A DNA stretch of 64,000 nt from Synechococcales cyanobacterium VAR_4_metabat_354 (GCA_031414775.1 JANOQI010000016.1:224001-288000); one strand, 5' to 3'; counted from the first letter of the stretch, positions 42,388 through 53,477 are shown. Numbers and translations: made by a program. The notes: generated from the sequence alone by a model not told the origin.

Positions 42388-43017
42388 TCAACTTCTTTCA
42401 GCAGTTCTAATGTATGTATATTTATTTATCAGTATAGAAATGCATTTCTTGTGAATTAAATTATAAGCCTCTTCATATCTAAGCCTTTCAGCTCTGAGCG
42501 TATCTCGTTCAAGTATGTTGCGTTTTAGGGAAATATAAGCCTCTGATAATGCACCCAAAAAACGTTTTGCAAATGGCATTTCTTGACGTTTTATAGTAAC
42601 TATTTCTTTGATATCATTGAGTATATTTTTATGGGAGAGAACTGCAATTGCAATTTCTGAATTTTCTTCATCTATAAATCTAACTGGATATTGTGAATAC
42701 GGGTACATATAATCTATTTCGTACAAATATATTTCTATTCTTGCCTTGTCTATAGTTTTATCGATACCTTTGAGAACAATTTGAAAACCACTTATTTCTC
42801 CTTCGCCATTTTTATTCTTGAATTTTGTGATGATTGAATCTTTAGGATTGATACCTAAATTTTTCAAGCATTGCTCTAGAATTTCATATGCTTTTCGTTC
42901 CTTCTTGGAATTAGCTTTTCTTTTGAGAGTAGAGAAAATATTTTTGTGGGTTCTTAACATGTTGAGTTTTGTCTTCAGTTCAAAAATACTATTGCATGTC
43001 TTATCAAACATCCTCAA
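42388..43017 (-). CDS. AT-rich hypothetical protein
   Basis: 209-aa open frame in very AT-rich DNA; no recognised motif; start uncertain. Confidence 0.6.
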   Translation of the reverse strand: MRMFDKTCNSIFELKTKLNMLRTHKNIFSTLKRKANSKKERKAYEILEQCLKNLGINPKDSIITKFKNKNGEGEISGFQIVLKGIDKTIDKARIEIYLYEIDYMYPYSQYPVRFIDEENSEIAIAVLSHKNILNDIKEIVTIKRQEMPFAKRFLGALSEAYISLKRNILERDTLRAERLRYEEAYNLIHKKCISILINKYTYIRTAERS

Positions 43018-43140
43018 TCACAAAAACCGACCTCAAAAATTGTCGGCTTTACTCTTGACATTAGTGCAAGCGTATTATTAGTTCTTGAATCACATTGTGC
43101 GATATGGTTGGTAAATAGAAAATCCAGTAGCCAAACAGCT

Positions 43141-44790
43141 ATGACCATCAATTCGCCCCTGCTCGCCGTCCAAAATCTCAGCGTCGCCTATCCCAATGCC
43201 GCTCGCAATGGTATCAAATACGCTGTCCAAGATATTTCCTTTCAACTAGCAGCGGGCGAAAAACTCGGCTTCGTCGGCGAATCGGGCAGCGGTAAATCCA
43301 CGATCGGACGCGCCATCATTCGTCTCCTACCCCCCACCGCTCAAGTCAGTGGCACCGCCACCTTCCAAGGCCAACCAATCTTTGACCTCGATCCCCCTGC
43401 TCTGCGCCGATTTCGAGGTGAAGCTGTTTCGATCGTCTTCCAAGACCCCATGACCCGGCTCAATCCACTGATGACGATTGGCCAACACTGCCTCGAAACC
43501 ATATTGGCTCACGAACCCCAAATTGGTAGAGCCGCTGCCAAGCAGCGCACCCTAGAGGCTCTCGATACTGTCAAAATTGCCGCATCTCGCTGGCAACAAT
43601 ATCCCCACGAATTTAGTGGTGGGATGCGTCAACGGGTGGCGATCGCCCTCGCTCTTGTCCTTAATCCCAAAATGATTATTGCGGATGAACCAACTACTAG
43701 CTTAGATGTGCGCGTATCTGCTGAAATCTTGCGGGCGCTCACCGAACTCTGTCAAGAACGAAACCTGGGCTTAATGCTGATTTCCCATGACTTAGCCATG
43801 ATGGCGGAGTATTGCGATCGATTGATGGTGATGAACGATGGTCAGCAGATTGAAACCGGCACTGTTAAACAAATCTTTGCAGCGCCCCAAGAAAAATACA
43901 CCCAAACTTTGCTTAATTCAGCACTCCACATTCAGAGTGATGATCACAGCACCAAAATTCCTGTTGATCAAAAACCGATCCTGAAACTCACCAACCTGCA
44001 AAAACATTACACCCTAGAATCTAACTTCTTACAGAAATTAATTGGCGGTGAGAATAGTAAAACCATTAAAGCCGTCGATAATGTTGAGTTGGAACTGTAT
44101 GAAGGAGAAATATTTGGCTTGGTCGGCGAATCTGGCTGTGGTAAAAGCACACTCTCGCGCACCATTTTGCAGCTTATTCCGGCCACTGGTGGCCAAGTCG
44201 AGTTTATGGGCAAAGAACTTACCCAGCTTTCGCCGCGAGCGATGCAAGCCCAGCGGCGCGAAATGCAAATGATTTTTCAAGACCCTAGTGCTTCCCTCAA
44301 TCCCAAAATGACGATCGGTGACAGTATTGCTGATGCACTCCTGATCCACAATATGGCCACCCCAGCGGCAGCCCGGACGCAAGTATTAGAAATCCTCGAA
44401 AAAGTGGGGCTAACACCAGCCACTGAATTTATCGACAGGTATCCTACGGCTCTTTCCGGTGGCCAACAACAGCGCGTTGGTATTGCCCGGGCACTCATTA
44501 CTCATCCAAAATTAATAATTTGTGATGAGCCAGTCAGTATGCTCGATGCCACCATCCAAACCGAAGTTTTGGATCTAATGCTGGCGCTCAAGGACGAATT
44601 TAAGCTCACCTATCTATTTATTACCCATGATCTGTGGCTGGCTAAATTCTTGTGCGATCGAATCGCCGTGATGAACCAAGGTCAGATTGTCGAAATGGGT
44701 GATACCGCCAGTATCTTCAACAATCCCCAAGCTGAATACACCAAGGAATTGCTCGCTGCTGCGCCGCTACTCACCAGAAAAGCTGCGTAA
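43141..44790 (+). CDS. Dual-domain dipeptide/oligopeptide-type ABC ATP-binding protein
   Basis: Two Walker A (GESGSGKS, GESGCGKS), FSGGMRQR and LSGGQQQR, two DEP motifs. Confidence 0.93.
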   Translation: MTINSPLLAVQNLSVAYPNAARNGIKYAVQDISFQLAAGEKLGFVGESGSGKSTIGRAIIRLLPPTAQVSGTATFQGQPIFDLDPPALRRFRGEAVSIVFQDPMTRLNPLMTIGQHCLETILAHEPQIGRAAAKQRTLEALDTVKIAASRWQQYPHEFSGGMRQRVAIALALVLNPKMIIADEPTTSLDVRVSAEILRALTELCQERNLGLMLISHDLAMMAEYCDRLMVMNDGQQIETGTVKQIFAAPQEKYTQTLLNSALHIQSDDHSTKIPVDQKPILKLTNLQKHYTLESNFLQKLIGGENSKTIKAVDNVELELYEGEIFGLVGESGCGKSTLSRTILQLIPATGGQVEFMGKELTQLSPRAMQAQRREMQMIFQDPSASLNPKMTIGDSIADALLIHNMATPAAARTQVLEILEKVGLTPATEFIDRYPTALSGGQQQRVGIARALITHPKLIICDEPVSMLDATIQTEVLDLMLALKDEFKLTYLFITHDLWLAKFLCDRIAVMNQGQIVEMGDTASIFNNPQAEYTKELLAAAPLLTRKAA

Positions 44791-44828
44791 TATTCCCTGA
44801 TCAGCTTATTTCTCAGTAACTTAAGCTA

Positions 44829-45554
44829 CTATTCATTGACCTTCACTTCACTAACTGGGGGACGATAGCCATGTTCAAAAGCAAACCGGACTAACTGCGA
44901 TCGATTCTCCAAATTTAGCTTGGTCAAAATATTACTAAGGTGAGTTTGCACCGTCCGAGGGCTAATAAATAAGCGCTGGCTGATCTGCTTATTAGTCAAA
45001 CCCTGAATTACTTCCCAAAATACCCGTGCCTCAGCCGGAGTCAGTGGTAAATCTTCTTGAGGTTCTGTATAGAGAGTTTCCGTTACCTGATTCCTGTTAA
45101 CGGCAGATGATGCAGTTGTGCTGGGCAGTGTCGCTTCTTCATCGGAACCCTGCTGAATTAAGCGGATCATCTCCGAATGAATCCGGCGAGAGCGCTCTAG
45201 CTGCGATTCAATTTTAGCTAACAATTCCAAGGGTTCAAAAGGCTTGGTGATATAGTCATCGGCACCCATATGGTGGCCCTTAACGCGGTCTTCTAGATCT
45301 TTTTTGGCAGTGAGGAAAATAAAAGGAACTAATTGCCCGGGTCGGGTCGCCCGCAGGCGACGACAAAATTCTAAACCATCCATACCCGGCATCATAATGT
45401 CTGAAACTACCAAATCTGGTGGGTCTTGGGCAAATAGCTTCAATCCTTGAATCCCGGAGTTAACAACTTGCACTGAATAACCGCGTTTTTCTAAGTAACG
45501 AGTGAGAACAGTTTGGAGCGTTTTATCATCATCCAACAGTAGAATTTTTTTCAT
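44829..45554 (-). CDS. NarL/LuxR-family response regulator
   Basis: Receiver domain (LLLDDD, SDIMMP, KPF) plus LuxR HTH (LTPAE...GLTNKQIS..LFISPRTVQTH). Confidence 0.93.
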   Translation of the reverse strand: MKKILLLDDDKTLQTVLTRYLEKRGYSVQVVNSGIQGLKLFAQDPPDLVVSDIMMPGMDGLEFCRRLRATRPGQLVPFIFLTAKKDLEDRVKGHHMGADDYITKPFEPLELLAKIESQLERSRRIHSEMIRLIQQGSDEEATLPSTTASSAVNRNQVTETLYTEPQEDLPLTPAEARVFWEVIQGLTNKQISQRLFISPRTVQTHLSNILTKLNLENRSQLVRFAFEHGYRPPVSEVKVNE

Positions 45555-46067
45555 TTGACCCCTGATGCCACGCGAGTTAGCTGTTGTAGTGAGTTAGAGA
45601 ACATAATATTGACGATTAATCGCCCTTGATGGTTATAGTTTCTTTAGCGAAGGAGGGAAGTCAGGATAAAAATCTGTCGAGTTAGATATTACTAGCAATT
45701 ATCACTCTTCCCTTTGACTCTCAATCAACATAAAACGTTTCCCCAGTCATTGAATTTCTAAGTATGGATAGTCGTAACCTAATAAATCAACTTAAGATAT
45801 ATTTACAACGATTTTACAATAAGCCTTAGTCGGTATCGCTTAGAATTTTAAGTGAATTTGACCCATTGTATTATGACTGTCTTAGGTACAAGAAGCTATC
45901 CCCCACTTGCTCAATCATCGGCAATGGCGAGCTACAGGTAACAAATTTCACTGCAAATTTTGAATTGTTCAAAGATATTTTAGTGATGGTCGGTATTCCA
46001 AACAGCCATTCGGATACCGACTCGCTACAATGTAGAGTATGTTGATCGCAAACTTAGCGCCCTTCCT

Positions 46068-46754
46068 ATGACATCCTATTCCACTGCCTCGGCACGCGCC
46101 GAAATGAGTGAACTGCGTCGGCTTAAAAGTATTATTCCGCCAGAACTCCAAAGCTGGGTATCAGTCGAAACTACCGTCGAAGTTAATCCTCCCCTGGTTC
46201 GCTGCGAAGAGATTGGCAAAGATCAGGTGGAAATTCAGATTGATTTAGTGAAATGGGAGAAGCTGGCGATCGATCAACGGAATTTATTGTTCTGGCACGA
46301 AGTCGCCCGAGTTCAGCAAGATACCATTCCCCGTGATGGTTGGGAGATGGCCGCCCTGGCAATTGGTCTGGGTGGTGCTGTCGGCGAATTGTGGGTGCAA
46401 GATGGTCTATTGCTGATTTTAGCCCTATCCCTCTGTGGTATTTCTGGCTACCGCCTCTACGCTCGCAACAACACCGAACGATATGTGAAAGAAGCGATCG
46501 ATGCCGATGAAAAAGCTATTTCCTTGGCGATGCGCTTTGGTTATACTCTCCCCAATGCTTACAAAAGTTTAGGGAGCGCTCTCAAGACCCTCATTGATGA
46601 TACCTCTAAGAAAAGCCTACGCCGCCGCTATGAATCGCGCTTAGATGCCCTCAAACGTAGTGCCAACAAAGCCAAGAACAAAGTTCAGTCCGATCGCGGC
46701 GGTAGCCGTGGTTCTTTGGGTGGCCAAAACGATCGAGAAAGTTGGAGTAATTAA
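46068..46754 (+). CDS. DUF3318-like conserved cyanobacterial protein
   Basis: ELRRLK..PPELQSWV, QRNLLFWHE, GWEMAALAIGLGG; usual position upstream of ybeY. Confidence 0.85.
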   Translation: MTSYSTASARAEMSELRRLKSIIPPELQSWVSVETTVEVNPPLVRCEEIGKDQVEIQIDLVKWEKLAIDQRNLLFWHEVARVQQDTIPRDGWEMAALAIGLGGAVGELWVQDGLLLILALSLCGISGYRLYARNNTERYVKEAIDADEKAISLAMRFGYTLPNAYKSLGSALKTLIDDTSKKSLRRRYESRLDALKRSANKAKNKVQSDRGGSRGSLGGQNDRESWSN

Positions 46755-46766
46755 ACGGATATATTT

Positions 46767-47000
46767 ATGAATCAAGACGACCTAACTCCGACCCCCACCG
46801 ATACTAGTACCGCCGTAATAGACGTTCCGGCTATCGCTATTGAGGTAGATGCTGCTGGTAACGCCAAGCCACCGGGCAGCTACGTCAAGCATGCCATGCG
46901 CAATATGGTGCGCAAACGGAGCAAATCGCTCCAACACTTTTTCCTGAGTGCGGTGGGCTTGCTAGGACTTTTTATTGCTTTAGCCTATCTCACCAAATAA
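46767..47000 (+). CDS. DUF3285-like small membrane protein
   Basis: [18 protein letters not shown] plus one TM. Confidence 0.85.
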   Translation: MNQDDLTPTPTDTSTAVIDVPAIAIEVDAAGNAKPPGSYVKHAMRNMVRKRSKSLQHFFLSAVGLLGLFIALAYLTK

Positions 47001-47001
47001 T

Positions 47002-47490
47002 TTGAACTGCGAAATCACTGTCCAAAATCTTCACCCAGATTGCTCTATTCCCCCAGCAATTTGGGTGTGTTGGTTTGAAACCTGGTTGGCTCAGCCCGAC
47101 TTAGATTTACCCACCGCTAGTAGTTACGAACTAAGCTTACGTCTGACGGACGATGCTGAAATTCAGCTGCTCAACAGCCAATATCGTCAAAAAGATCAGC
47201 CTACTGATGTATTAGCCTTTGCTGCCTTAGAAAATGAAATGCCCTTAGTAAAAGGTTTGCCAGTCTATCTTGGTGACATCATCATTTCGGTGGATACGGC
47301 TAATCGTCAAGCACTGACGTACCAACATTCTCTCGCTCAAGAACTAGCTTGGCTCGCTAGTCATGGATTCTTGCACTTATTGGGCTGGGATCACCCCGAT
47401 GAAGCTAATCTGGAAAAGATGTTGCAACGTCAAGAGCAACTCTTGGGAACAATTAAGGTAGGCTCATCGACAAGCGCTAGTAAGCCATAA
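47002..47490 (+). CDS. ybeY: rRNA maturation endoribonuclease YbeY
   Basis: [25 protein letters not shown]. Confidence 0.95.
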   Translation: MNCEITVQNLHPDCSIPPAIWVCWFETWLAQPDLDLPTASSYELSLRLTDDAEIQLLNSQYRQKDQPTDVLAFAALENEMPLVKGLPVYLGDIIISVDTANRQALTYQHSLAQELAWLASHGFLHLLGWDHPDEANLEKMLQRQEQLLGTIKVGSSTSASKP

Positions 47491-47545
47491 GTAGCAGCCA
47501 GACAATCTTATAAATCGTATTTTTTACAGATAGGTAACCTGGAAT

Positions 47546-48034
47546 ATGGAGTCTAAACTGGACGAGTCGGTAGTTCTTCATTCATCCCCTGATTCCATGA
47601 CTAGCAAAGTATCTGGACTAACCACAAAATCAGGACAAAAGCGTGATCTTGCCTGGCAAGTAGCTGGTAATATTTTCTCCAGTTTCCGCTATGCCTGGGC
47701 GGGGGTGAGCTATGCTTTTTTCACTCAAAGAAATTTTCGGATTCACTGCTTAATGGGGACAACCGCTATTTCTCTAGGTGCTTGCTTACGCTTGCCACCA
47801 CTGGAGATGGCGATTATCTCGCTCACGAGCAGCTTAGTTTTGACCCTAGAACTATTGAACACTGCGATCGAATCGGTAGTAGACCTGACTGTTGAACAGA
47901 CCTATCATGAGCTGGCTAAAATTGCTAAGGATTGTGCTGCTGGTGCGGTGTTGATTTCGGCGATGGCTTCGTTGATGGTTGCAGCTTGGTTATTAATGCC
48001 CAAGTGCCTAGCATTATTATTCGTTAGCCGGTAG
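47546..48034 (+). CDS. dgkA: Diacylglycerol/undecaprenol kinase
   Basis: SFRYAWAG, QRNFRIH, ELLNTAIESVVD, AKIAKDCAAGAV. Confidence 0.92.
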   Translation: MESKLDESVVLHSSPDSMTSKVSGLTTKSGQKRDLAWQVAGNIFSSFRYAWAGVSYAFFTQRNFRIHCLMGTTAISLGACLRLPPLEMAIISLTSSLVLTLELLNTAIESVVDLTVEQTYHELAKIAKDCAAGAVLISAMASLMVAAWLLMPKCLALLFVSR

Positions 48035-48083
48035 CACTATTTCGCTGTAAGCTAGAGAAGACGGCGATTTCTCGGGGCTGGCC

Positions 48084-48716
48084 ATGATTATTGTTATTGA
48101 CAATTACGACAGTTTTACCTACAACTTAGTGCAGTATTTGGGTGAACTGGGTAAAGACTGGCCAATGGCTCAGGATCTGCGAGTTTTTCGGAACGATCGC
48201 ATTACCCTGGATGAGATTACAGCCCTACAACCAGATGCTATCCTGATTTCCCCCGGCCCTGGCCGACCAGCCGCAGCGGGGGTTTCGATGCCGATAATTC
48301 GTGATCTGGGTCAACAGTTTCCGATTTTAGGTGTTTGCTTAGGGCATCAAAGCATTGGAGCGGTTTTTGGTGGCCAAGTGGTGCGTGCTGCCGAATTAAT
48401 GCATGGCAAAACCTCGGAGATTTACCATAGCAACCAGGGCGTATTTGCGGGGGTGGAAAATCCTTTGATTGCTACTCGCTACCATAGTTTAATTATTGAT
48501 CGATCGACCTGTCCCCCAGTCTTAGAAATTACGGCTTGGATTGCCGATCAGATGATCATGGGCGTGCGACACCGTGACTATCCCTGGATTGAAGGGGTTC
48601 AGTTTCACCCTGAAAGCATTTTGACCACTGCTGGTAAACGTTTATTGGCGAACTTTTTGCAATCTTTGCCTCAACATCATCAAGCCATTAAGGCTCATGC
48701 CGCCAAAAATAGCTGA
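48084..48716 (+). CDS. trpG: Anthranilate/aminodeoxychorismate synthase component II (glutamine amidotransferase)
   Basis: [29 protein letters not shown]. Confidence 0.92.
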   Translation: MIIVIDNYDSFTYNLVQYLGELGKDWPMAQDLRVFRNDRITLDEITALQPDAILISPGPGRPAAAGVSMPIIRDLGQQFPILGVCLGHQSIGAVFGGQVVRAAELMHGKTSEIYHSNQGVFAGVENPLIATRYHSLIIDRSTCPPVLEITAWIADQMIMGVRHRDYPWIEGVQFHPESILTTAGKRLLANFLQSLPQHHQAIKAHAAKNS

Positions 48717-48778
48717 TTTCAACATCAGTTTTTTGATACAGTGATGGCTGGTCTGCACTTCTTCTGAGCTTTTATTGC

Positions 48779-49006
48779 ATGTCTCATTCGATCGTTACTA
48801 ATATTTGTGAAGGTGTGGCCGACTGCGTCAGCGCCTGCCCAGTAGCTTGCATTCATGAGGGTCCTGGCAAAAACACGATTGGAACTGATTGGTATTGGAT
48901 TGATTTTTCTACCTGTATCGATTGTGGTATTTGCCTGCAAGTCTGCCCAGTAGCCGGAGCAATTTTGCCAGAAGAGCGCCCCGATTTGCAGCTACAAACT
49001 AGCTAA
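48779..49006 (+). CDS. Dicluster Fe-S ferredoxin
   Basis: CEGVADCVSACP and CIDCGICLQVCP. Confidence 0.93.
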   Translation: MSHSIVTNICEGVADCVSACPVACIHEGPGKNTIGTDWYWIDFSTCIDCGICLQVCPVAGAILPEERPDLQLQTS

Positions 49007-49311
49007 TTTGTTTTTAGACTGATCCCATACATCGTAGACAGAATAGAGTACTGATCGCGAGAGAATCTCTTATCCATCAGGAGAAAACTATCTGACTGTC
49101 TCCTAATGGGCAGCGGCTAGCGTAAGCTTTTTCTAAACCCAAAGTCATAACTATTACTATTACGTCGCAATAAGTAATATCATCTTGGTAAGCACAATAG
49201 CTGAAAGATGTAACTATTTGTAGTATCTGAGATACTGTTGATATCAGTTTTTAGTAGGAATATCTACATTTAGGATACTATTGATATTATTTATTAATAG
49301 TAGAACGGTTT

Positions 49312-49686
49312 ATGCCAACACAAGAGCAAGAAATGCTGGTCTCAGAACTATTGGGTCCTTTGAGTATGCACTTCCGACGCGGTGAGGCTGCCTACCAAAA
49401 TCTCTATTCAGATGGTAGGCAGTTTCTGTTTGCTAAAATTCTGCGAGACAATAACCGAGAAATCCGCAACTTAATTCTCTCCAAAGGTTATCTATTACCT
49501 TTAACTCAACAGCAAAATGCGATCGATCTAGTAGCACACTTAGATATTTGGCTGGAGCTATGGCAACAACTGGCCGCCACCAAAACGTATAAACCCGAAG
49601 ACCAATTTAGTTTTGAAAGTTGTAAATATCCGCAAGCAGCTGCTACCGCCCTCAAAGAGTTTTGTTTTGCTCTGGGTCAGCAATAA
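49312..49686 (+). CDS. Hypothetical protein
   Basis: 124-aa ORF upstream of the formyltransferase; HLDIW segment. Confidence 0.6.
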   Translation: MPTQEQEMLVSELLGPLSMHFRRGEAAYQNLYSDGRQFLFAKILRDNNREIRNLILSKGYLLPLTQQQNAIDLVAHLDIWLELWQQLAATKTYKPEDQFSFESCKYPQAAATALKEFCFALGQQ

Positions 49687-49727
49687 AATCAAGTAAATCA
49701 ACCAATAAAATTAAGTAAGCTAATCTC

Positions 49728-50510
49728 ATGAAAAGTAAATCTACTAATTCCGTCCTGTTTCTGGGGAAGAAAGATGATGAATATTGCAATAGAGCATTGA
49801 AATTTATTGAAGATAATTTCGATAATGTTACATCCTACTTTTCGGCCTGGGGAGAACCAATGCCGGAAGAAATCAGAAACTGGCAAGGTGATTACATACT
49901 CTCGTACTTGTGTCGATGGGTGGTGCCTTTATCGGTCATTCAAACCGCCCAACTAGGCGCAATCAATTTTCACCCGGCATCACCAGACTATCCAGGAATT
50001 GGTTGTAATAATTATGCTCTCTATGAAAATGCATCGGAGTATGGGGCGACCTGCCATCACATGGCTAGCAAAGTAGATACCGGCAAAATCATTGCCGTTA
50101 AAAGGTTTGCCGTTTTTTCTACCGATGATGTTAGCTCGTTACTGCAAAGAACCTATGAATTTCAATTGGTGCTGTTTTATGAAATAGTCGGAAAAATTCT
50201 TAACGGTGAACAATTACCTGCACCAAATGAGAACTGGACTAGACATCCGCGCAGCCGCAAAGAATTTAACCAACTGGGCATTATCACACCGGACATGACT
50301 GATGAGGAAGTGGCTCGGCGCGTTAGAGCGGTAAGTTATGGTGTCTTTCAGCCTGCCGTTGAAATTGGCGGATATCGCTTTGAGCTAAAGGTTGATACGA
50401 GGATGCCGGAAAAGCTAGCGTTCCTACCAGTGATCAGAAGTTTAGCTCCTATACCTCCAGGTGAAAACAGCAGTGCAGCCTTTGGAGTTGATTTTTCAGA
50501 CATCCTCTAA
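49728..50510 (+). CDS. Formyltransferase family protein
   Basis: INFHPA..YPG, GATCH, VDTGKII. Confidence 0.85.
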   Translation: MKSKSTNSVLFLGKKDDEYCNRALKFIEDNFDNVTSYFSAWGEPMPEEIRNWQGDYILSYLCRWVVPLSVIQTAQLGAINFHPASPDYPGIGCNNYALYENASEYGATCHHMASKVDTGKIIAVKRFAVFSTDDVSSLLQRTYEFQLVLFYEIVGKILNGEQLPAPNENWTRHPRSRKEFNQLGIITPDMTDEEVARRVRAVSYGVFQPAVEIGGYRFELKVDTRMPEKLAFLPVIRSLAPIPPGENSSAAFGVDFSDIL

Positions 50511-50592
50511 ATAATTGATTTTTTAGATCTGTACAGAGCGAAAAACAGGCAAAATCAGATGATTTGGAATAACAAACTCATCACCTGCTTTT

Positions 50593-52311
50593 TTATTTTA
50601 GTAGTGACTTTTGCAGAACCTGGCCAAAGACAGCAATATGTACTTGCCAGTCGGCAGTAGTTTGGGGGAAGTCTGTCCGAAAATGTCCACCCCTACTTTC
50701 TGTCCGTAACAGAGCACTAGTGAGAATTAAGCGGCCAATGTCCAGCAAATTGCCAGTTTCTGCCCAAGTCCGTAAATCATTCTGGGTGACTGAGTTAGGC
50801 CATGCCATTACTTGATGGGGTTGAAAATTCTTAATTGCTTGTGAAATCGGTAGTTGAGCAAATTCTTGATGCCACTTTTCTACTTGGGTAATGCCAGACT
50901 GTAGCTCACCAGCCTGTCTGGTAATCCCCGCTACCTGCCACATCACCTTTGGTAATTCTTGTCTAATATGTTGGCATACCCGCTGTTGTTGTGACCAATC
51001 TTGCCAAATTTGCTTATCAGAAATTGTTTTTTTGAGGTCTGGCCGATCTACAAGTACCAATGGCTGAATCTGAATATGAGCGAACTCCGCCCCAAACACT
51101 AAACATTCCAATAGTGAATTACTTGCTAGCCGGTTGGCACCATGCACACCAGTGCAACTAACTTCACCGACTGCATAAACACCGGGGATGGAAGTTTGAT
51201 TATGGAGGTTGGTGGTGATACCACCCATCCAATAGTGTGCCGCTGGTGATACCGGGATGGGGGTGGTAAAAACATCAATGCCCCAGCTCTGACAAACTTT
51301 GATGATATTGGGGAAACGATGTTGGATTTGAGTAGCAGGGATGGGTCTTAGATCTAACCAGACGTTGGCAGTAGCTGGATCGGTAGCCGTTTTTTGTAGG
51401 TGAGAGAAAATAGCGCGACTGACGACATCGCGGGGCGCTAACTCGCCATCAGGATGGTAATTAAAGCAAAAGCGATCACCAGCGGCATCAATTAAATGAG
51501 CGCCTTCTCCCCGCACGGCCTCACTGATCAAAAATCGGGGCGCTCCGGTAACTTTCAAGGCGGTAGGATGAAACTGAAAGAATTCTACGTCGGTCAATTG
51601 GCCACCGACTCGATCGATCATTGCCACCCCATCACCGGTACTCACTGCCGGGTTAGTAGTTTGAGCATAGACTTGACCGCCGCCGCCAGTGGCTAGAATT
51701 ACCGCCGCTGCTCGTAACCAACTAATTTGCTGTTGGTAAACCAAGCTAATTCCTTGGCAATGACCATCTTCGATCCACAAATCCAGAGCAAAGGCCGGAC
51801 CTAGCAACACAATATTGGAGCGCAATTGCACTTGAGCCAGCAGTGTCTTCATCACTGTCCGGCCAGTTGTATCGGCGGCATGTAGCACCCGTGGCCGGGA
51901 ATGAGCGGCCTCCAAGGTCAATGCTAGTCTCTCGGGGTTCTGATCGCTGCCCGTGCCCGCCACGCTATCAAAATCTACTCCCATCTGGACTAGCGACGCG
52001 ACGCAGTGTGCCGCATTCTCTACTAGGAAACGCACCGCCGATCGATCACATAGCCCATCACCAGCTTTCATCGTGTCTTGAATATGTAGCTCTACCGAAT
52101 CTTCGGGGCTAACTACCGCTGCAATACCGCCTTGTGCCCAGTTACTGGCCGATGGCGGTGATTCAGTGAGTTCGATTTGATCTTTGCTAATGATCGCGAC
52201 GCGCAGGTGCGCTGGTAAACACAAAGCTGCATATAAACCAGCAGCACCCGCCCCTACTACGATCGCATCGTAGCCAGTGGACAAGTCATCAGACAAGGCA
52301 GAGTCAGTCAA
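50593..52311 (-). CDS. nadB: L-aspartate oxidase
   Basis: GAGAAG, SNWAQGG, EAAHS, QFHPT, SEAVRGEG, HGANRLASNSLLE, ESRGGH. Confidence 0.96.
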   Translation of the reverse strand: MTDSALSDDLSTGYDAIVVGAGAAGLYAALCLPAHLRVAIISKDQIELTESPPSASNWAQGGIAAVVSPEDSVELHIQDTMKAGDGLCDRSAVRFLVENAAHCVASLVQMGVDFDSVAGTGSDQNPERLALTLEAAHSRPRVLHAADTTGRTVMKTLLAQVQLRSNIVLLGPAFALDLWIEDGHCQGISLVYQQQISWLRAAAVILATGGGGQVYAQTTNPAVSTGDGVAMIDRVGGQLTDVEFFQFHPTALKVTGAPRFLISEAVRGEGAHLIDAAGDRFCFNYHPDGELAPRDVVSRAIFSHLQKTATDPATANVWLDLRPIPATQIQHRFPNIIKVCQSWGIDVFTTPIPVSPAAHYWMGGITTNLHNQTSIPGVYAVGEVSCTGVHGANRLASNSLLECLVFGAEFAHIQIQPLVLVDRPDLKKTISDKQIWQDWSQQQRVCQHIRQELPKVMWQVAGITRQAGELQSGITQVEKWHQEFAQLPISQAIKNFQPHQVMAWPNSVTQNDLRTWAETGNLLDIGRLILTSALLRTESRGGHFRTDFPQTTADWQVHIAVFGQVLQKSLLK

Positions 52312-52339
52312 TTTGTAGCTAAAAAATATTAGTACCTCA

Positions 52340-53464
52340 TTATACCGAGCTGATTGCTAACACCGCATTTTGGCCGCCAAATCCGAAACTCCAGCAGAGG
52401 ATGTTCTGAAGATCCGTCGGACGAGCAGTATTAATAATATCTAATTCATCAAAGTTTGTTGCCCGACAGCCTACCGAGGGCGGCAAAACTTGGTGATGCA
52501 GGGCTAAGCAAGCAAATGCCACCCCCATCGCCGCTGAAGCTCCCAAGGTGTGACCGATGGCTCCCTTACTGCCGCCCATCGGCAGCGACTGCGGCCATAT
52601 TTTCCGGACTAAATTGGCTTCATTCTGGTCGTTGAGTTGGGTGGCGGTTCCATGCACATGGATATAGTCAATATCGGTAGTTTGCAGCTGACTAGTTTGT
52701 AAGCACTGTTGGATCGCGGCCAGGGCGCTACTGCCATGGGGTTCGATCGCACAGGCATGGTAAGCATCGTTAGTAAGACCACCACCTCGAATTTGTCCAT
52801 AGATTTTAGCCCCCCGACGTTCGGCGTTGCACCTTTCTTCTAGGGTAAAGATTGCTCCTCCTTCGCCGAGAACTAAACCTTGCCGCTGTCGATCGAACGG
52901 ATAACAGCCCGTCGTGGCCAAGACCCCTAACTGCTGAAAACCAGTAATCGTCAAAGGGCTAATGGGGGCTTCTACGGCTCCCACCAACGCTTGTGGGTAT
53001 TGGCCACTAGCCACTAATTGATAGCCCCGTTCGATCGACCAAATCCCCGTAGAACAAGCGGCCAGCGGTGCCAACATCGCGGCCTGTGTCCCAATTTGTC
53101 GCGCCACATTAATTGCTAACATGTGCGGCAAATATTCCAAGATCGGGAAGTCTGCACCGCTGTGATTAAACTGCTCCCAGATCGGCTGATAAGCACGACT
53201 AGAACCGATCACCACCGCACAGTTTGGTAGCGGAGTTTGCCAACCAGCATCGGCGAGAGCAGCAGTCACTAGCTGAGCCGTCAGGACATTGAGGACTTGA
53301 GGGGCAGTGGCGATCATGGCCAAGGGTACCGCTGGCAATTCTGGAAAAATGTGCTGCATCCTAATGCCGGTCTCAGCACGTAATAGTTTTGACCAGCTAT
53401 TTCCTAAGTCACCCAGAGCGGACTGGAGACCAATGCCGGTGATCACTACTTCGTTGTTATTCAT
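52340..53464 (-). CDS. Beta-ketoacyl-ACP synthase (FabF-like)
   Basis: AACSTG (Cys), HGTAT, KGAIGHT, SFGFGGQN. Confidence 0.88.
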   Translation of the reverse strand: MNNNEVVITGIGLQSALGDLGNSWSKLLRAETGIRMQHIFPELPAVPLAMIATAPQVLNVLTAQLVTAALADAGWQTPLPNCAVVIGSSRAYQPIWEQFNHSGADFPILEYLPHMLAINVARQIGTQAAMLAPLAACSTGIWSIERGYQLVASGQYPQALVGAVEAPISPLTITGFQQLGVLATTGCYPFDRQRQGLVLGEGGAIFTLEERCNAERRGAKIYGQIRGGGLTNDAYHACAIEPHGSSALAAIQQCLQTSQLQTTDIDYIHVHGTATQLNDQNEANLVRKIWPQSLPMGGSKGAIGHTLGASAAMGVAFACLALHHQVLPPSVGCRATNFDELDIINTARPTDLQNILCWSFGFGGQNAVLAISSV

Positions 53465-53477
53465 GCTGAAACTACCT

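Noticed and set aside
42374..42393. CGCTAAC-N5-ATTCAACT resembling an attC left half
   Set aside because: No matching L'/R' half, and it is oriented opposite to the flanking ORFs
49254..49267. GTA-N8-TAC NtcA-like site
   Set aside because: Minimal match in AT-rich DNA without a correctly spaced -10 element
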